From positions 88,020 through 152,019 of IMG/VR virus record IMGVR_UViG_2832442593_000001: a stretch of 64,000 nucleotides of DNA. The stretch is one strand, 5' to 3'. Source of the DNA: a virus. Taxonomy: Duplodnaviria > Heunggongvirae > Uroviricota > Caudoviricetes. A program made the position numbers and the translations under genes. Position 1 is the first letter of the stretch; each line of letters begins with the position of its first letter. Below, one piece after another: positions 53,059 to 63,430 of the stretch. Under the pieces are notes generated by a model. It did no database searches, was not told where the DNA came from, and saw only the letters and a program-made list of their open reading frames with translations.

Positions 53059-56000
53059 TTTTTCAGAACTACCACAAACACACAACCTACAGTAACCCTC
53101 GCGTCAGCGACTCGGTCGTGACCTACGAGGATTACGCCAAGCGTGCCGTCGAGCTCGGACATTCCATTCTGTCCAGCTGCGAGCATGGATGGCAGGGGAG
53201 ATATATCGAGTGCTACGACCTCGCAAAACAGTACGGTCTGAAGTTTCTCTTCGCCGCTGAGGCTTACTGGGTCTGGGATCGTCATGAGGAAGACCGTTCC
53301 AATTGCCATATTTGGATTGGCGCGAAGAATGAAAACGGCCGCGAATGGATTAACGAGGTTCTCAGTCAGGCGAACGAGGATGGTTTCTACTACCAGCCGC
53401 GACTGGATGAAGAGCTTCTCGACCTGCTTCCGGCGGGCGACGTTTGGATTACAACTGCCTGTGTTGCCGGATGGAAGTATCTCGGCGAAGAAGAAGAGCG
53501 ACTCAAGGCTCTTTGGAAGAAGCTGTACGACAAACACGGCGACAACTTCATGTTTGAGGTGCAATACCACCTCTCTGAACGGCAGAAAGAGCTAAACCGT
53601 TACATTCTGAATCTGCGGAAAGAAATTCCCGCGCCGATTATCATGGGCTGCGACAGCCACTACATCGAGGGAAACGGCGCAGAACTCCGCTCCGACTTCC
53701 TCGTTTCTAAGGAAGACCGCAAGGCTTACGATGACGAGGAAGAATGGTTTATGGATTACCCGGATGGCGACACTGCCGTCCGACGCTTCCGCGAGCAGGG
53801 TGTCTTGACAGAAGCTGAGATCACGGAGGCAATCGACCGGACAAACTGTTTCCTCGAAGTAGAGGAGTACGAGTGCGATATTTTCGACGACAGCACTAAA
53901 CTGTTCTCCCTTCATCCGGAGTGGACGCAGGAGCAGAAAGATGCTGAGTATATGCGGCTTGTCCAGCAGGGCTGGGAAGCGTATAAGCCAGAGGTTGACC
54001 CGAGTCTGTATCCGGTGTATGAGCAGGCTATTAAAGAAGAAACCGATACTGTTAAGCAATGCAGAATGAGCGACTACTTCATTGATGACTATTACATCAT
54101 GAAGCGAGGGAAAGAGCTCGGCGGTCACTTGACTACTACTGGTCGTGGCAGTTGTGTTGGATTCTTTACAAACAAGCTGCTCGGCTTTACCGAGGTTGAC
54201 CGAATTGCAGCCAAAGTAAAGATGTACCCCGAACGCTTTATGACTGCAGAACGTATCCTCGAAACGCAGAGTATCCCCGATCTTGACCAGAACGTAGCGG
54301 AGCAGGATATCTTTGCGGAAGGCCAGGCTCAGGTCTGCGGCCGTGATCATGCAGTTCAGATGCTTGCTTACGGCACGCAAAAAGCGTCAGCTGCGTGGAA
54401 GATGTTTGCGAAGTCCCAGAGCATCGACTTTGCTACGGCGAATGAAGTGTCCGCCCAGATCAAGCGATATGAGAACAAGCTCCATACCGTTGATGAGGAA
54501 GAGAAGGACACCATCGACATCATGGACTACATCGACAAACGATTCCATGACGTATACCTTCGCTCGACCGAGTATCAGGGAATCATCACAAGCTGGTCAC
54601 CGGCACCGTGTGCGTTCCTGCTGTATCAGGGCAGTATCCGCCGCAAGATTGGACTTGTGAAGATCAAGGACAAGATTTGCTGTGCGATGGATGGCCATTG
54701 GGCGGAGAAGAATCACTTCCTGAAGAACGACCTGCTCCGCGTTGCTGTGGTTGACCTTATCAATCGAGGCTATCATCGTGCAGGATTGAAAGTTCCTACT
54801 GTGAACGAGCTTCTCGATATGTGCCCACCAGATGACCCGGTATGGGGTATCTATCGTAAAGGCTGTACGCTTGGTATCAATCAGGTCGAGCAGCCGGGAA
54901 CCGCCAGCCGAGTAGGCGTTTACGCGCCAACCAACATTTCCGAGCTTTGCGCGTTCATCGCCGCGATTCGCCCGGGTTTCAAGTCGATGTACAAGACCTT
55001 CGAGAGTAGACAGGATTTCTCGTATGACGTTAAACCGTTCGATGAGCTTCTTCGTACCGATGAGTTGCCGCAGTCGTTCTGTCTGTATCAGGAACAGCAG
55101 ATGGCGGCGCTGAACTTCGCCGGTTTTCCGATGAAGGAATGTTACGCGGCGGTCAAGAATATCGCCAAGAAGCGTAAGGAAAAAGTCCTCGCATATCGCG
55201 AACGATTCATCGACGGATTCTCTAAGAAGCTGATCGAGCAGGAGCATTTGGACGAAAAGACCGCCATTGAAAAGACCGACATGGTCTGGAAGATCATCGA
55301 AGATTCAGCCTCGTATAGCTTCAATGCCTGTGTGTCGGGCGATACAAAAATTAAACGTTCGTCTAAAGGACAGTCCCGGTTTGAACCTACAATTGAGGAA
55401 ATGTTCTTGATTAAGAACGATTTGGAGTATGCGAAACGAACAAATCACTACCATCTGCACAGTAAGTATCTAAAAACGTATGGCTGCGGTTTATCGGTAT
55501 TTGAAGATGGAAGAATTCATCAGAACAATATTGTAGATATCGCCTATGCCGGAGAGCGTCAGACATACCGAATCATGCTTGAGAATGGCGCTTACATTGA
55601 CTGCACAGACAATCATAAGTTCCCAACACCTTCCGGAGAGAAACAACTGAGGGATTTATCGGTCGGAGATATCCTGTACGTCATGGGTTCTTATGAAAAG
55701 AACACAAACAAGTACACCTTCACAAACGGCAATTACAAGTCGAACTTTCCAAACCCCGGGCAGATGGGTTTTCAGAAACACCCCGATGGCCCAAGCGTCG
55801 TTTACGAGAGAGTCCGAGCTGAGAAAAAGAAAGAAAGATGTGCATGCGAAGTATGTGGAAAACCTTATACTGACGACTATCGCTTTGAACTTCATCACAA
55901 AGACTTTGATCGCACACACAATACGGAAGATAACTACACTTGGTGTTGTGTGAGCTGTCATAAGAAGCTCCATTTCGCTCATGGAAGAAACGCTCGGTAC

Positions 56001-57215
56001 GAAAAGGGGATTCCAACACTTCAGTATAAAATTGTCAGCATCGAGCCTAAAGCAATCGAGCGCGTGTATGACGTTGAGATGCTTTCGCCGTATCACAACT
56101 TTGTAACCGATACCGGCATTGTGACGTCGAACAGCCACTCCTATTGTGTTTCTTTGGACTCCCTTTACGGTGCATGGCTCAAACAGCATCATCCTCTCGC
56201 GTTCTATGAAACCTTCATGCGTATCATGGACGAGAAGGGAGACAAGGATAAGCTCGCCGCCGCCAAGGATGAAGCCGAAAGCTACTTTAATATCAAGTTC
56301 CCGCCGTTCAAATTCGGTCAGGATAACCGAAAGGTAACCGCAGACGAAGAGAACAACGCAATCAGCAACGCGCTGACCTCTATCAAGGGATTCAATAAGG
56401 CCGCCGCCGTTGCTCTTTATGAGCTCGGACAGGAGCCGCCGAAGTACCTTTCCGACGTTCTTCTGGCTCTCCGCCCAAAGAGCATTATGAAGTCCACGAC
56501 TGAACCATTGGCTCAAATCAGTTACTTCTCAAGCTACGGCAACGACCGCGAGGTTCTGAACATCATCTCCCTGTGCGAGGAGTTCGGATACGGTGCAAAA
56601 GCATCCATGCCGCGAGAGCGCGTTGATAACAGCTTTCTGGCTGATATTGTACCGAAGTACGCCGACGGTCTCAAGAAGGACGGCCAGCCAGCGACAAGAT
56701 ATACGTTCACGAGCCTGCAGATGAGTACCTTGAAAGACGAAAAAAAGCGGCTCGCGGCCGCTCTTAAAAAGAACCCAACGCCGGAACTGGAAGAACAGCT
56801 TCTCGCTGTCGAGCAGGAAATTGCTGAGGAACTGAAGCGAATCGTCGCTCAGGTGCTCCGCGAATGTGAAGACCGTGTACTGGCGGCAGGTATCGAAGAC
56901 CTTCCGTTCCGCGTGAAGATTGAGAACCAGCAGGAAATTCTCGGGTATGTGGACATCCGGACAGGCAAGGAAGAAGACCGCAGACTTGTTCTCGTGTCGG
57001 ATTTCCGGCCACTTTTGAGTAAAGACACCGGAAAACCGTGGGGTTATGCTTGCTTTACACAGTCACTTGGTTCTGGTAAGCGCATTCGATTGACGCTTCG
57101 ATCGCGGCAGTATGACCAGAATCCAATCAAAAACGGCAGCATCATTTACGTTGACCGATGCACGAAGAACAAATCCGGCTATTGGTATCTTGACCAGTAT
57201 CATCTGGTCGGCTAA
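53055..57215 (+). CDS. dnaE: DNA polymerase III alpha subunit (DnaE-type, PHP domain) containing an in-frame intein; likely non-canonical (AUA/AUU) initiation upstream of the first GTG
   Basis: PHP motif FQNYHKHTTYSNPRV lies upstream of the GTG at 53118, in frame, with AGGGAG RBS 8-11 nt before ATA/ATT at 53055/53058. Extein junction FNA|...|SHSYCVSL matches the conserved GYGFNKSHS motif. Confidence 0.8.
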   Translation: MIFQNYHKHTTYSNPRVSDSVVTYEDYAKRAVELGHSILSSCEHGWQGRYIECYDLAKQYGLKFLFAAEAYWVWDRHEEDRSNCHIWIGAKNENGREWINEVLSQANEDGFYYQPRLDEELLDLLPAGDVWITTACVAGWKYLGEEEERLKALWKKLYDKHGDNFMFEVQYHLSERQKELNRYILNLRKEIPAPIIMGCDSHYIEGNGAELRSDFLVSKEDRKAYDDEEEWFMDYPDGDTAVRRFREQGVLTEAEITEAIDRTNCFLEVEEYECDIFDDSTKLFSLHPEWTQEQKDAEYMRLVQQGWEAYKPEVDPSLYPVYEQAIKEETDTVKQCRMSDYFIDDYYIMKRGKELGGHLTTTGRGSCVGFFTNKLLGFTEVDRIAAKVKMYPERFMTAERILETQSIPDLDQNVAEQDIFAEGQAQVCGRDHAVQMLAYGTQKASAAWKMFAKSQSIDFATANEVSAQIKRYENKLHTVDEEEKDTIDIMDYIDKRFHDVYLRSTEYQGIITSWSPAPCAFLLYQGSIRRKIGLVKIKDKICCAMDGHWAEKNHFLKNDLLRVAVVDLINRGYHRAGLKVPTVNELLDMCPPDDPVWGIYRKGCTLGINQVEQPGTASRVGVYAPTNISELCAFIAAIRPGFKSMYKTFESRQDFSYDVKPFDELLRTDELPQSFCLYQEQQMAALNFAGFPMKECYAAVKNIAKKRKEKVLAYRERFIDGFSKKLIEQEHLDEKTAIEKTDMVWKIIEDSASYSFNACVSGDTKIKRSSKGQSRFEPTIEEMFLIKNDLEYAKRTNHYHLHSKYLKTYGCGLSVFEDGRIHQNNIVDIAYAGERQTYRIMLENGAYIDCTDNHKFPTPSGEKQLRDLSVGDILYVMGSYEKNTNKYTFTNGNYKSNFPNPGQMGFQKHPDGPSVVYERVRAEKKKERCACEVCGKPYTDDYRFELHHKDFDRTHNTEDNYTWCCVSCHKKLHFAHGRNARYEKGIPTLQYKIVSIEPKAIERVYDVEMLSPYHNFVTDTGIVTSNSHSYCVSLDSLYGAWLKQHHPLAFYETFMRIMDEKGDKDKLAAAKDEAESYFNIKFPPFKFGQDNRKVTADEENNAISNALTSIKGFNKAAAVALYELGQEPPKYLSDVLLALRPKSIMKSTTEPLAQISYFSSYGNDREVLNIISLCEEFGYGAKASMPRERVDNSFLADIVPKYADGLKKDGQPATRYTFTSLQMSTLKDEKKRLAAALKKNPTPELEEQLLAVEQEIAEELKRIVAQVLRECEDRVLAAGIEDLPFRVKIENQQEILGYVDIRTGKEEDRRLVLVSDFRPLLSKDTGKPWGYACFTQSLGSGKRIRLTLRSRQYDQNPIKNGSIIYVDRCTKNKSGYWYLDQYHLVG
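55329..56132 (+). other. Intein (268 aa) with embedded HNH endonuclease, inserted in the DnaE FNKSHS motif
   Basis: Begins with Cys (CVSGDTKIKR), ends HNFVTDTGIVTSN followed by Ser. HNH box CEVCGKPY...ELHHKD...NYTWCCVSCHKKLH. Confidence 0.75.
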
Positions 57216-57225
57216 GGAGGAAGAC

Positions 57226-57405
57226 ATGATTAAGCGACACATAGTAGAAATCATCGAAGAATTGGACAAGGACGGGAAGGTTGTCTCTCGAACGACGACC
57301 ACCACGGATGAGACAGACGACAACCATTACGGAAGTTATTATCCGCCGATTACGCAGAACCCGTTCTACGCGGAAACGCCGGAGGACTCAAAGTACGCCG
57401 TATGA
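57226..57405 (+). CDS. Small hypothetical protein (59 aa)
   Basis: GGAGGAAG RBS before the ATG at 57226. Confidence 0.45.
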   Translation: MIKRHIVEIIEELDKDGKVVSRTTTTTDETDDNHYGSYYPPITQNPFYAETPEDSKYAV

Positions 57406-57599
57406 TTCCTAAATTCCCAAACCCTAAGAACCCACGAGATCCCGATTATGTTCCGGAGATTATCGGCCGCTGTGAAAACTGCGGCAACGAGCTGTCTCCG
57501 GATTGGGAGCTCTGGAAAGATAAAGACAGCAACCTGTTTTGCTGCGAAGAATGTGCCATCTCGTTTAATGGCATCCGCGAAATCGACGACCTGTTTTAA
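57402..57599 (+). CDS. Small zinc-ribbon protein
   Basis: CENCGNE...CCEEC. Confidence 0.5.
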   Translation: MIPKFPNPKNPRDPDYVPEIIGRCENCGNELSPDWELWKDKDSNLFCCEECAISFNGIREIDDLF

Positions 57600-57616
57600 G
57601 AAAGAGAGTGATGAGA

Positions 57617-57850
57617 ATGGAAGAAATGTCAAAGACCGCGATGGAAACCATCGTAGACTACAACCAGCAGGACGACACAGCACATGTGTTCACATATGAC
57701 CCTGCGCTCCAGAAGAAGATGGACAAGCTCTGCGCCGATCATCCCGAAGAGGTTTGTATGACAATTGAGTGCAACGGCTCCAAGAACTACACGTTCCCAA
57801 AGAGCTGGCTTAAGATTACCGCACCGCGCAAGAAGAAGGTGACCGCGTGA
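57617..57850 (+). CDS. Hypothetical protein
   Basis: ORF track (57608); probable start at the ATG at 57617. Confidence 0.5.
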   Translation: MEEMSKTAMETIVDYNQQDDTAHVFTYDPALQKKMDKLCADHPEEVCMTIECNGSKNYTFPKSWLKITAPRKKKVTA

Positions 57851-58701
57851 ACGTAAAGTTACTCGCTTGGACACCAATGCCGGAACTTGTTGTCGCGGCG
57901 GCCGGCAAGGGTTGTTACTCTTCCGGCACGGCTGCGGATATTCTGGAGGACATTACTCCGGAACAGGCGGCAAAGTTCATCCGGCAGATTAAGCGTTCCG
58001 GTCATACTTCTGTTCTGGAGCATGCGTCTTTTACGTTCGGTATCGACGGGGTATCCCGCTCTCTGCTTGCACAGATTACGCGTCATCGTATCGCATCCTT
58101 TTCGGTGCAGAGTCAGCGTTATGTCAATATGGCAAAGCCGGAGTTCGTGATGCCGGAGGCCGTGATGAACAATCTGGCCGCAAAGCTGATGTTCGAGAAC
58201 TGCATGGAGACGATCAGAGCGACCTACAGCGACATTCACGCAACGCTCATGAGCGAAAAGCTCCGTGAGAAGTACGCGCAGTACGCAATCGGCGACTTTA
58301 ACATTGAGTTCCGCAACAACGGTCAGTTCTTCTATCTGCAGCTTGACGCCATTATGGAGCAGAAGAAGAACGAGGACGAAGCGCTGTACAAGCAGTACAA
58401 AAAGGATCGCTCGGCGGCTGAAAAATACGCTAACGAGAATGCCCGCTGCGTGCTCCCAAATGCCGCAGGAACGTCGTTCTCTGTAACCATGAATGCACGC
58501 GAATTGCTCAGTTTCTTCGCTCTACGGTGCTGTAATCGCGCACAGGACGAGATTAGAGAGCTGGCGGAGCAAATGTTAGTTTTATGCCAGAAGGTTGCTC
58601 CGACTATCTTTGAAAACGCCGGTGCGCCGTGTGTTTCCGGCTCCTGTCCCGAGGGTGTCATGACATGTGGGCACCCGAAGACCCGCCAGAAGGGAGAATA
58701 A
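57847..58701 (+). CDS. thyX: Flavin-dependent thymidylate synthase ThyX
   Basis: ThyX signature RHRIASFSVQSQRY. GTG start overlapping the upstream stop. Confidence 0.8.
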   Translation: MNVKLLAWTPMPELVVAAAGKGCYSSGTAADILEDITPEQAAKFIRQIKRSGHTSVLEHASFTFGIDGVSRSLLAQITRHRIASFSVQSQRYVNMAKPEFVMPEAVMNNLAAKLMFENCMETIRATYSDIHATLMSEKLREKYAQYAIGDFNIEFRNNGQFFYLQLDAIMEQKKNEDEALYKQYKKDRSAAEKYANENARCVLPNAAGTSFSVTMNARELLSFFALRCCNRAQDEIRELAEQMLVLCQKVAPTIFENAGAPCVSGSCPEGVMTCGHPKTRQKGE

Positions 58702-58702
58702 G

Positions 58703-59242
58703 TTGGCACATATCATCATTGTAAATGGGCCCGCGAGAAGCGGAAAGGACACATTTTGTTCTTTGTGCCGAGACCGGGCTTATTTCTACGATATGCTGAT
58801 CACACAGATCAGCTCTGTAGATATCATTAAGGAAGTCGCTCGACGGCTTGGCTGGAACGGTGAGAAGGACGACAAGTCCAGAAAGTTCTTGTCTGACCTG
58901 AAAGACCTGTCGACGCAGTATTCCGACGCGCCGCTTGAGTATCTGACCAAGGAATTCAACCGGGTGAAGGATCATGACAACGTCATGCTGTTCATGCACA
59001 TCCGTGAACCGGAGGAGATTCAGCGAGCCAAGGAACGTTTTGACGCTCTGACGCTGCTGATTAAGCGACCGGGCTACGAGCCAATCCAGAGCAATCACGC
59101 CGACCGTGATGTTGACCAGTTCGATTACGATTATACGATTGTCAACAACGGCACGATGCAGGATCTGGAACAGCAGGCCGGCGATTTCATCGAAAAGGTA
59201 AAGGGCGGCTACTTTGAAAAGCGCCGCGAGGAAGTTAAGTAA
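58703..59242 (+). CDS. Deoxynucleoside monophosphate kinase (phage dNMP kinase family)
   Basis: IIIVNGPARSGKDTF P-loop typical of T4 gp1-like dNMP kinases. AGGGAGAA RBS; TTG start. Confidence 0.6.
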   Translation: MAHIIIVNGPARSGKDTFCSLCRDRAYFYDMLITQISSVDIIKEVARRLGWNGEKDDKSRKFLSDLKDLSTQYSDAPLEYLTKEFNRVKDHDNVMLFMHIREPEEIQRAKERFDALTLLIKRPGYEPIQSNHADRDVDQFDYDYTIVNNGTMQDLEQQAGDFIEKVKGGYFEKRREEVK

Positions 59243-59254
59243 GGGGGACGAGGA

Positions 59255-60982
59255 ATGACAGTCATCAAACGTGATGGCAGGGAAGTGCCGTTTGATAAGG
59301 ACAAAATTGTTAAGGCAGTGGTGAAGGCGTTCGTAGATAATGATTACTCTACGGACGTCGCACACCCGGTGGCTGAAAAAATTGCAGACGAGGTTGAAGC
59401 AACCAGTAAGAACCTTTCTGTAGAAGAAATTCAGGACACAGTAGAGAAGAAGCTGATGGCCACTAAGTATAAGGATATCGCCAAAGCGTATATCGAGTAC
59501 CGACAGCTTCACAAGATGGCTCGAAGTCAGTATAAGGAGCTAATGCACGCTGTAGCAGAGAAGCTGCAGGCTAAAGATGTCAAGAACCAGAACGCCAATG
59601 TAGACGAGATGAGTTTCGGAGGTCGTGTTGGTGAGGCGAGTGACATCGTAACAAAGCAGTATGCGTTGGAATATCTTGTTTCGCCGCTGTCTCGACGTAA
59701 TCACGAGAACAACGAGATCTACATTCATGACCTGAACAGTTATGCGGTTGGATCACATAATTGCCTCTCGATTCCATTCGACGACCTGTTGAAAAACGGC
59801 TTCAATACCCGCCAGACGGATGTCCGCCCAGCGCAGAGCGTAAATACTGCATTCCAGCTCGTGGCGGTAATCTTCCAGCTCCAGTCCTTGCAGCAGTTCG
59901 GCGGTGTGAGCGCGACACATCTTGACTGGACAATGGTTCCTTATGTGCGGAAGTCGTTCTGGAAGCATTTTAAGAACGGCTTGCATTACGTTCAGGGAGA
60001 ACCGTTCCCAGACGATACTTCATTTGACCCAGAGCTTTCAATCGATGCAGACATCTATAAAGTAGCCGACGATGCGTATGAATACGCTATCGATATGACT
60101 ACTAAGGAATGTTATCAGGCTGTAGAAGGGATGTATCACAACTTGAACACCCTGCAGTCACGCTCCGGCAATCAGCTTCCGTTCACTTCTATCAACTACG
60201 GCACTTGCACGTTGCCAGAAGGCCGGATGGTTACGAAGGCTCTTCTCGATGTGTCTATCAAGGGCATTGGCAAATTGCATCGCACCAGTATTTTCCCATG
60301 CGGCATTTTCCAGTGTATGAAGGGCGTGAATCGCAAGGAAGGCGATCCCAACTACGACCTCTTCCAGCTTGCCCTCAGATCAACCAGCCAGAGACTGTAT
60401 CCGAACTACGCCAATGTAGATTGGTCAGGGAATGCAGGCTACGACATCAATGATCCCAGAACGTACTTTAGCACTATGGGGTGCAGGACGGCAAATGGCT
60501 GGGACATTAACGGATTCGGTCAGTTGAAGGACGGCCGCGGCAATATTTGTCCGGTGACTATCATCATGCCTACTTTGGCGATGGAAGCAAAAGAAAGGGT
60601 AGTTCATGCAAAAGCCCCTGAAGAGGCCATTATTGACAGCTTTATGGACTTGCTGGACACCAAAATCCATGAGGCCAAGGATATGCTTTTGGAACGCTTC
60701 GATTGGATTTGCTCTCAGTCTCCAGAAGCAGCTAAGTTCATGTACGAGAACAACGTAATGGCAGGCTATGTGCCGGAAGAAGGCATTCGTTCTGCTCTGA
60801 AACACGGAACGCTTGCTGTCGGTCAGATTGGTCTGGCTGAAACCTTGCAGATTCTGATTGGTTGCGACCATACCACAACCGCTGGCATGAAACTCGCCAA
60901 GCAAATTGAACAGTTGTTCAAAGACAGATGCGCTGAGTTCAAGGAAGAATATCATTTGAACTTCGGTGTTTATTTTACCCCT
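59255..60982 (+). CDS. nrdD: Anaerobic ribonucleoside-triphosphate reductase NrdD, exon 1 (ATP-cone + catalytic core)
   Basis: N-terminal ATP-cone VIKRDGREVPFDKDKI. Class III RNR core motifs ending ...NFGVYFTP. ORF track gives 59255-60997, where the reading continues into the intron. Confidence 0.75.
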
Positions 60983-62065
60983 GAATGTAACATATAACAT
61001 CTTGCGGGGGCGTGTGTGGTAACACATACTGAAAAAATCGCCTAACTCGGTGAACCTGAAAAGGAATACCGAACTAAGTTCGTTGCTTAAAATTTTTATA
61101 GAAAGGAGGTTATAATATGCCAAATTATATCGAAAAACTGCCTGAAGATGCAGTTCAGGTAAAAAACGCTTTGTGTTGGGTAACCCCTGCCGGGAATCTT
61201 TATGGACAAGAAACACGAACATTATATAACAAAAAATTAGATAAAAAAATTCCGCACAAACATTATGGAGAGTTCTTCCAGTATAACACCACCGTGAATC
61301 GGAGAAATGGTTACGTTTATGCACCCATCAAATACATTAAATCAGATGGGACATACGAAATTCGACGTCGCAGGTTGCACATTGTGATTGCGGAAACATT
61401 GCTTCCGAACCCTAATAAATTTCCTATTGTTGGGCACAAAAACAACATCAAAACAGATATTAGGCTGAGTAATCTGTATTGGACGACAATCTCTGAGAAT
61501 ACAAAAAAAGCGTTCGACGATGGATTGGCCGTAAATGCAAAAGGTTATGATGATTCTCAATCTATCCCTGTCATAATGTTCAACACTTATACCAACGAAG
61601 AGATAGGAAGGTATGGAAGTGCCAGTGAAGCAGTGCGAGAAACAGGAATCCCTAAAAATACAGTTTTGCGCCAATGCCGGTATAAGAAACCTGTTCGTAA
61701 ACCATTCTACTTCCGATTCCAATCAGACCCGTCGGTTGAACCGCCTCAGATTGTTATCCAATACGACTATGAAACAGATCGTGAAATAGGAAGATATTTC
61801 AATGTATAGGAGGCAGCACGTCAAACAGGCGTGTATTCGAAGGTAGTAGACTACGAATGTAAATTAGGACATAAACCTGTCCGCAAGCCTAAAAATGGCA
61901 CATATTTTACGTTCTATCAATCATCAATCTAAAGGCTCTATAAAATTTTAAGCAACGATAAATGCGTGGAGGTCATCGAAATCCGATAAGGTAAAGTAGA
62001 GTAGCGCAAGCGAAAGAGCGAACTCGTATGAAAAATACGATGAAAATATGACCCAAATAAAAATG
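60983..62065 (+). other. Group I intron (~1083 nt) in nrdD with homing-endonuclease ORF looped out
   Basis: Exon 1 ends in U (…CCU). The intron ends in G (…AAAAAUG). Splicing restores the conserved TP-AENLCY motif. A 19-bp long-range pairing GTTGCTTAAAATTTTTATAG (61084) with CTATAAAATTTTAAGCAAC (61935) brackets the endonuclease ORF. Confidence 0.65.
61117..61932 (+). CDS. HNH homing endonuclease with NUMOD1-like repeats; contains in-frame TAG at 61807-61809 (read-through restores a second NUMOD repeat)
   Basis: HNH_3 motif HIVIAETLLPNPNKFPIVGHKNNIKTDIRLSNLYW. Repeat EIGRYGSASEAVRETGI...KKPVRKPFYFRFQS matches the post-TAG EIGRYFNV*EAARQTGV...HKPVRKPKNGTYFTFYQS. Confidence 0.7.
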
Positions 62066-62554
62066 GCAGAAAACTTATGTTACACTGCAATGAAGAAATT
62101 TCAGGCAAAGTACGGAACGATTCCGAACGTATCCGACAAGGATTTCTTCACCAATTCCATTCATGTACCGGTGTGGAGAAAGGTCTCCATTTTCGACAAA
62201 ATCGGTATCGAGTCACAGCTGACCGGCTATTCTTCCGCAGGCTGTATCACTTATGTAGAACTGGAATCTACTTGTAAGAACAATATTTCGGCTCTCGAGA
62301 CCGTCGTTAATTACGCGATGGATATGGACATCCCATACTTCGCGGTGAATGTTCCAAACGACCAGTGTATGAACTGCGGCTATTGCGACGAAATCAACGA
62401 CACCTGTCCGCAGTGCGGCAGCAAGGACATCAAACGCCTGCGTCGAGTAACCGGCTATCTTACAAACGACTACAAGACCGCATTCAACAAGGGTAAACAG
62501 CAGGAAGTTGAAATGCGAGTAAAACACGACATGGAGGACAAACATTGTATTTAA
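62066..62554 (+). CDS. nrdD: NrdD exon 2 (C-terminal Zn ribbon and glycyl-radical domain)
   Basis: AENLCYTAMKKFQAKYG... Zn ribbon CMNCGYC...CPQCGS. Glycyl radical motif RRVTGYL. Confidence 0.75.
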   Translation, partial: AENLCYTAMKKFQAKYGTIPNVSDKDFFTNSIHVPVWRKVSIFDKIGIESQLTGYSSAGCITYVELESTCKNNISALETVVNYAMDMDIPYFAVNVPNDQCMNCGYCDEINDTCPQCGSKDIKRLRRVTGYLTNDYKTAFNKGKQQEVEMRVKHDMEDKHCI

Positions 62555-63060
62555 CCGTAGCAGAATTTGACACCGTGAGCTTTCCACAGTTCACGGCAGA
62601 CGTAAAAAAATGCAACCCGCTCATCTCAGAGGGCTGCATCGAAGATATGTGGCGCGACCTCGTTTTCCCTGATCGCGCGACCGAAGGCAGTGCAGGCTAC
62701 GACTTTCGCGTGCCGTATGATATCATCCTTGAACCGGGCGAGTCGGCGCTGATCCCGACCGGTATGCGCTGCCAGATTGAGGAAGGCTGGGTGCTGATGC
62801 TGTTCCCGCGTTCCAGCATGGGCTTCAAGTATCGCATGCAACTTGATAATGGCACAGGTATCGTGGACGGGGACTACATTTTCGCCGAGAACGAAGGCCA
62901 CATCATGGCAAAGATCACGAACGACAGCCGCGAAGGCAAGACAATGCATCTGCGAGCGGGTGACCGATTCATGCAGGGCGTGTTCGTTCCTTACGGCGTC
63001 ACGGTTGATGACGAACCAAGAGGGAAGAGAACCGGCGGCCTCGGCTCCACTGGAGCGTAA
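62545..63060 (+). CDS. dut: dUTPase (trimeric dUTP pyrophosphatase)
   Basis: dUTPase motifs AGYDFRV, RSSMG and GIVDGDY. GGAGGA RBS before the TTG at 62545. Confidence 0.75.
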   Translation: MYLTVAEFDTVSFPQFTADVKKCNPLISEGCIEDMWRDLVFPDRATEGSAGYDFRVPYDIILEPGESALIPTGMRCQIEEGWVLMLFPRSSMGFKYRMQLDNGTGIVDGDYIFAENEGHIMAKITNDSREGKTMHLRAGDRFMQGVFVPYGVTVDDEPRGKRTGGLGSTGA

Positions 63061-63111
63061 AAAAAAGAACGCCGAGCCGGTTACTCGACGTTCCTCAAAT
63101 ATGGCAGCCAA

Positions 63112-63207
63112 TTATTTGTTGCCAAAGAACTTTCGCTCAATCCAGAACCATGCGCCCGCCGAAGCGATGCCGATTATGAACTGAACTACTATCAGTTGCA
63201 GTGACAT
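63112..63207 (-). CDS. Small hydrophobic peptide (31 aa)
   Basis: Minus-strand AAGGAGGAAACTC-ATG RBS. MSLQLIVVQFIIGIASAGAWFWIERKFFGNK. Confidence 0.4.
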   Translation of the reverse strand: MSLQLIVVQFIIGIASAGAWFWIERKFFGNK

Positions 63208-63388
63208 GAGTTTCCTCCTTTTGAAAAAGGAGAATAACAAATTGATTCGAATTACCAAAGGCCGCCAACGGCATTATACCGCAGTGGATAGTGAATAGTC
63301 AAATAAAAAGAGCCAGCTCACTAACAATTACAACAACGTGCTCGCGACTGTCTTAGAGATCGCAAACAACAAAGACAGCGATTCAAGA

Positions 63389-63417
63389 AGAAAAAAAGGA
63401 GCGGCTTTGCCGCTCCA
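63389..63417 (-). terminator. Rho-independent terminator (minus strand)
   Basis: GGAGCGGCAAAGCCGCTCC hairpin followed by a T-run on the minus strand. Confidence 0.6.
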
Positions 63418-63430
63418 AGCACCGAAGAGA

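Noticed and set aside
53592-61324. Minus-strand ORFs inside dnaE, thyX, the dNMP kinase gene and nrdD (53592-54380, 55656-56516, 58658-59512, 60425-61324)
   Set aside because: Antisense to conserved enzymes. No RBS, and they have no recognisable domains.
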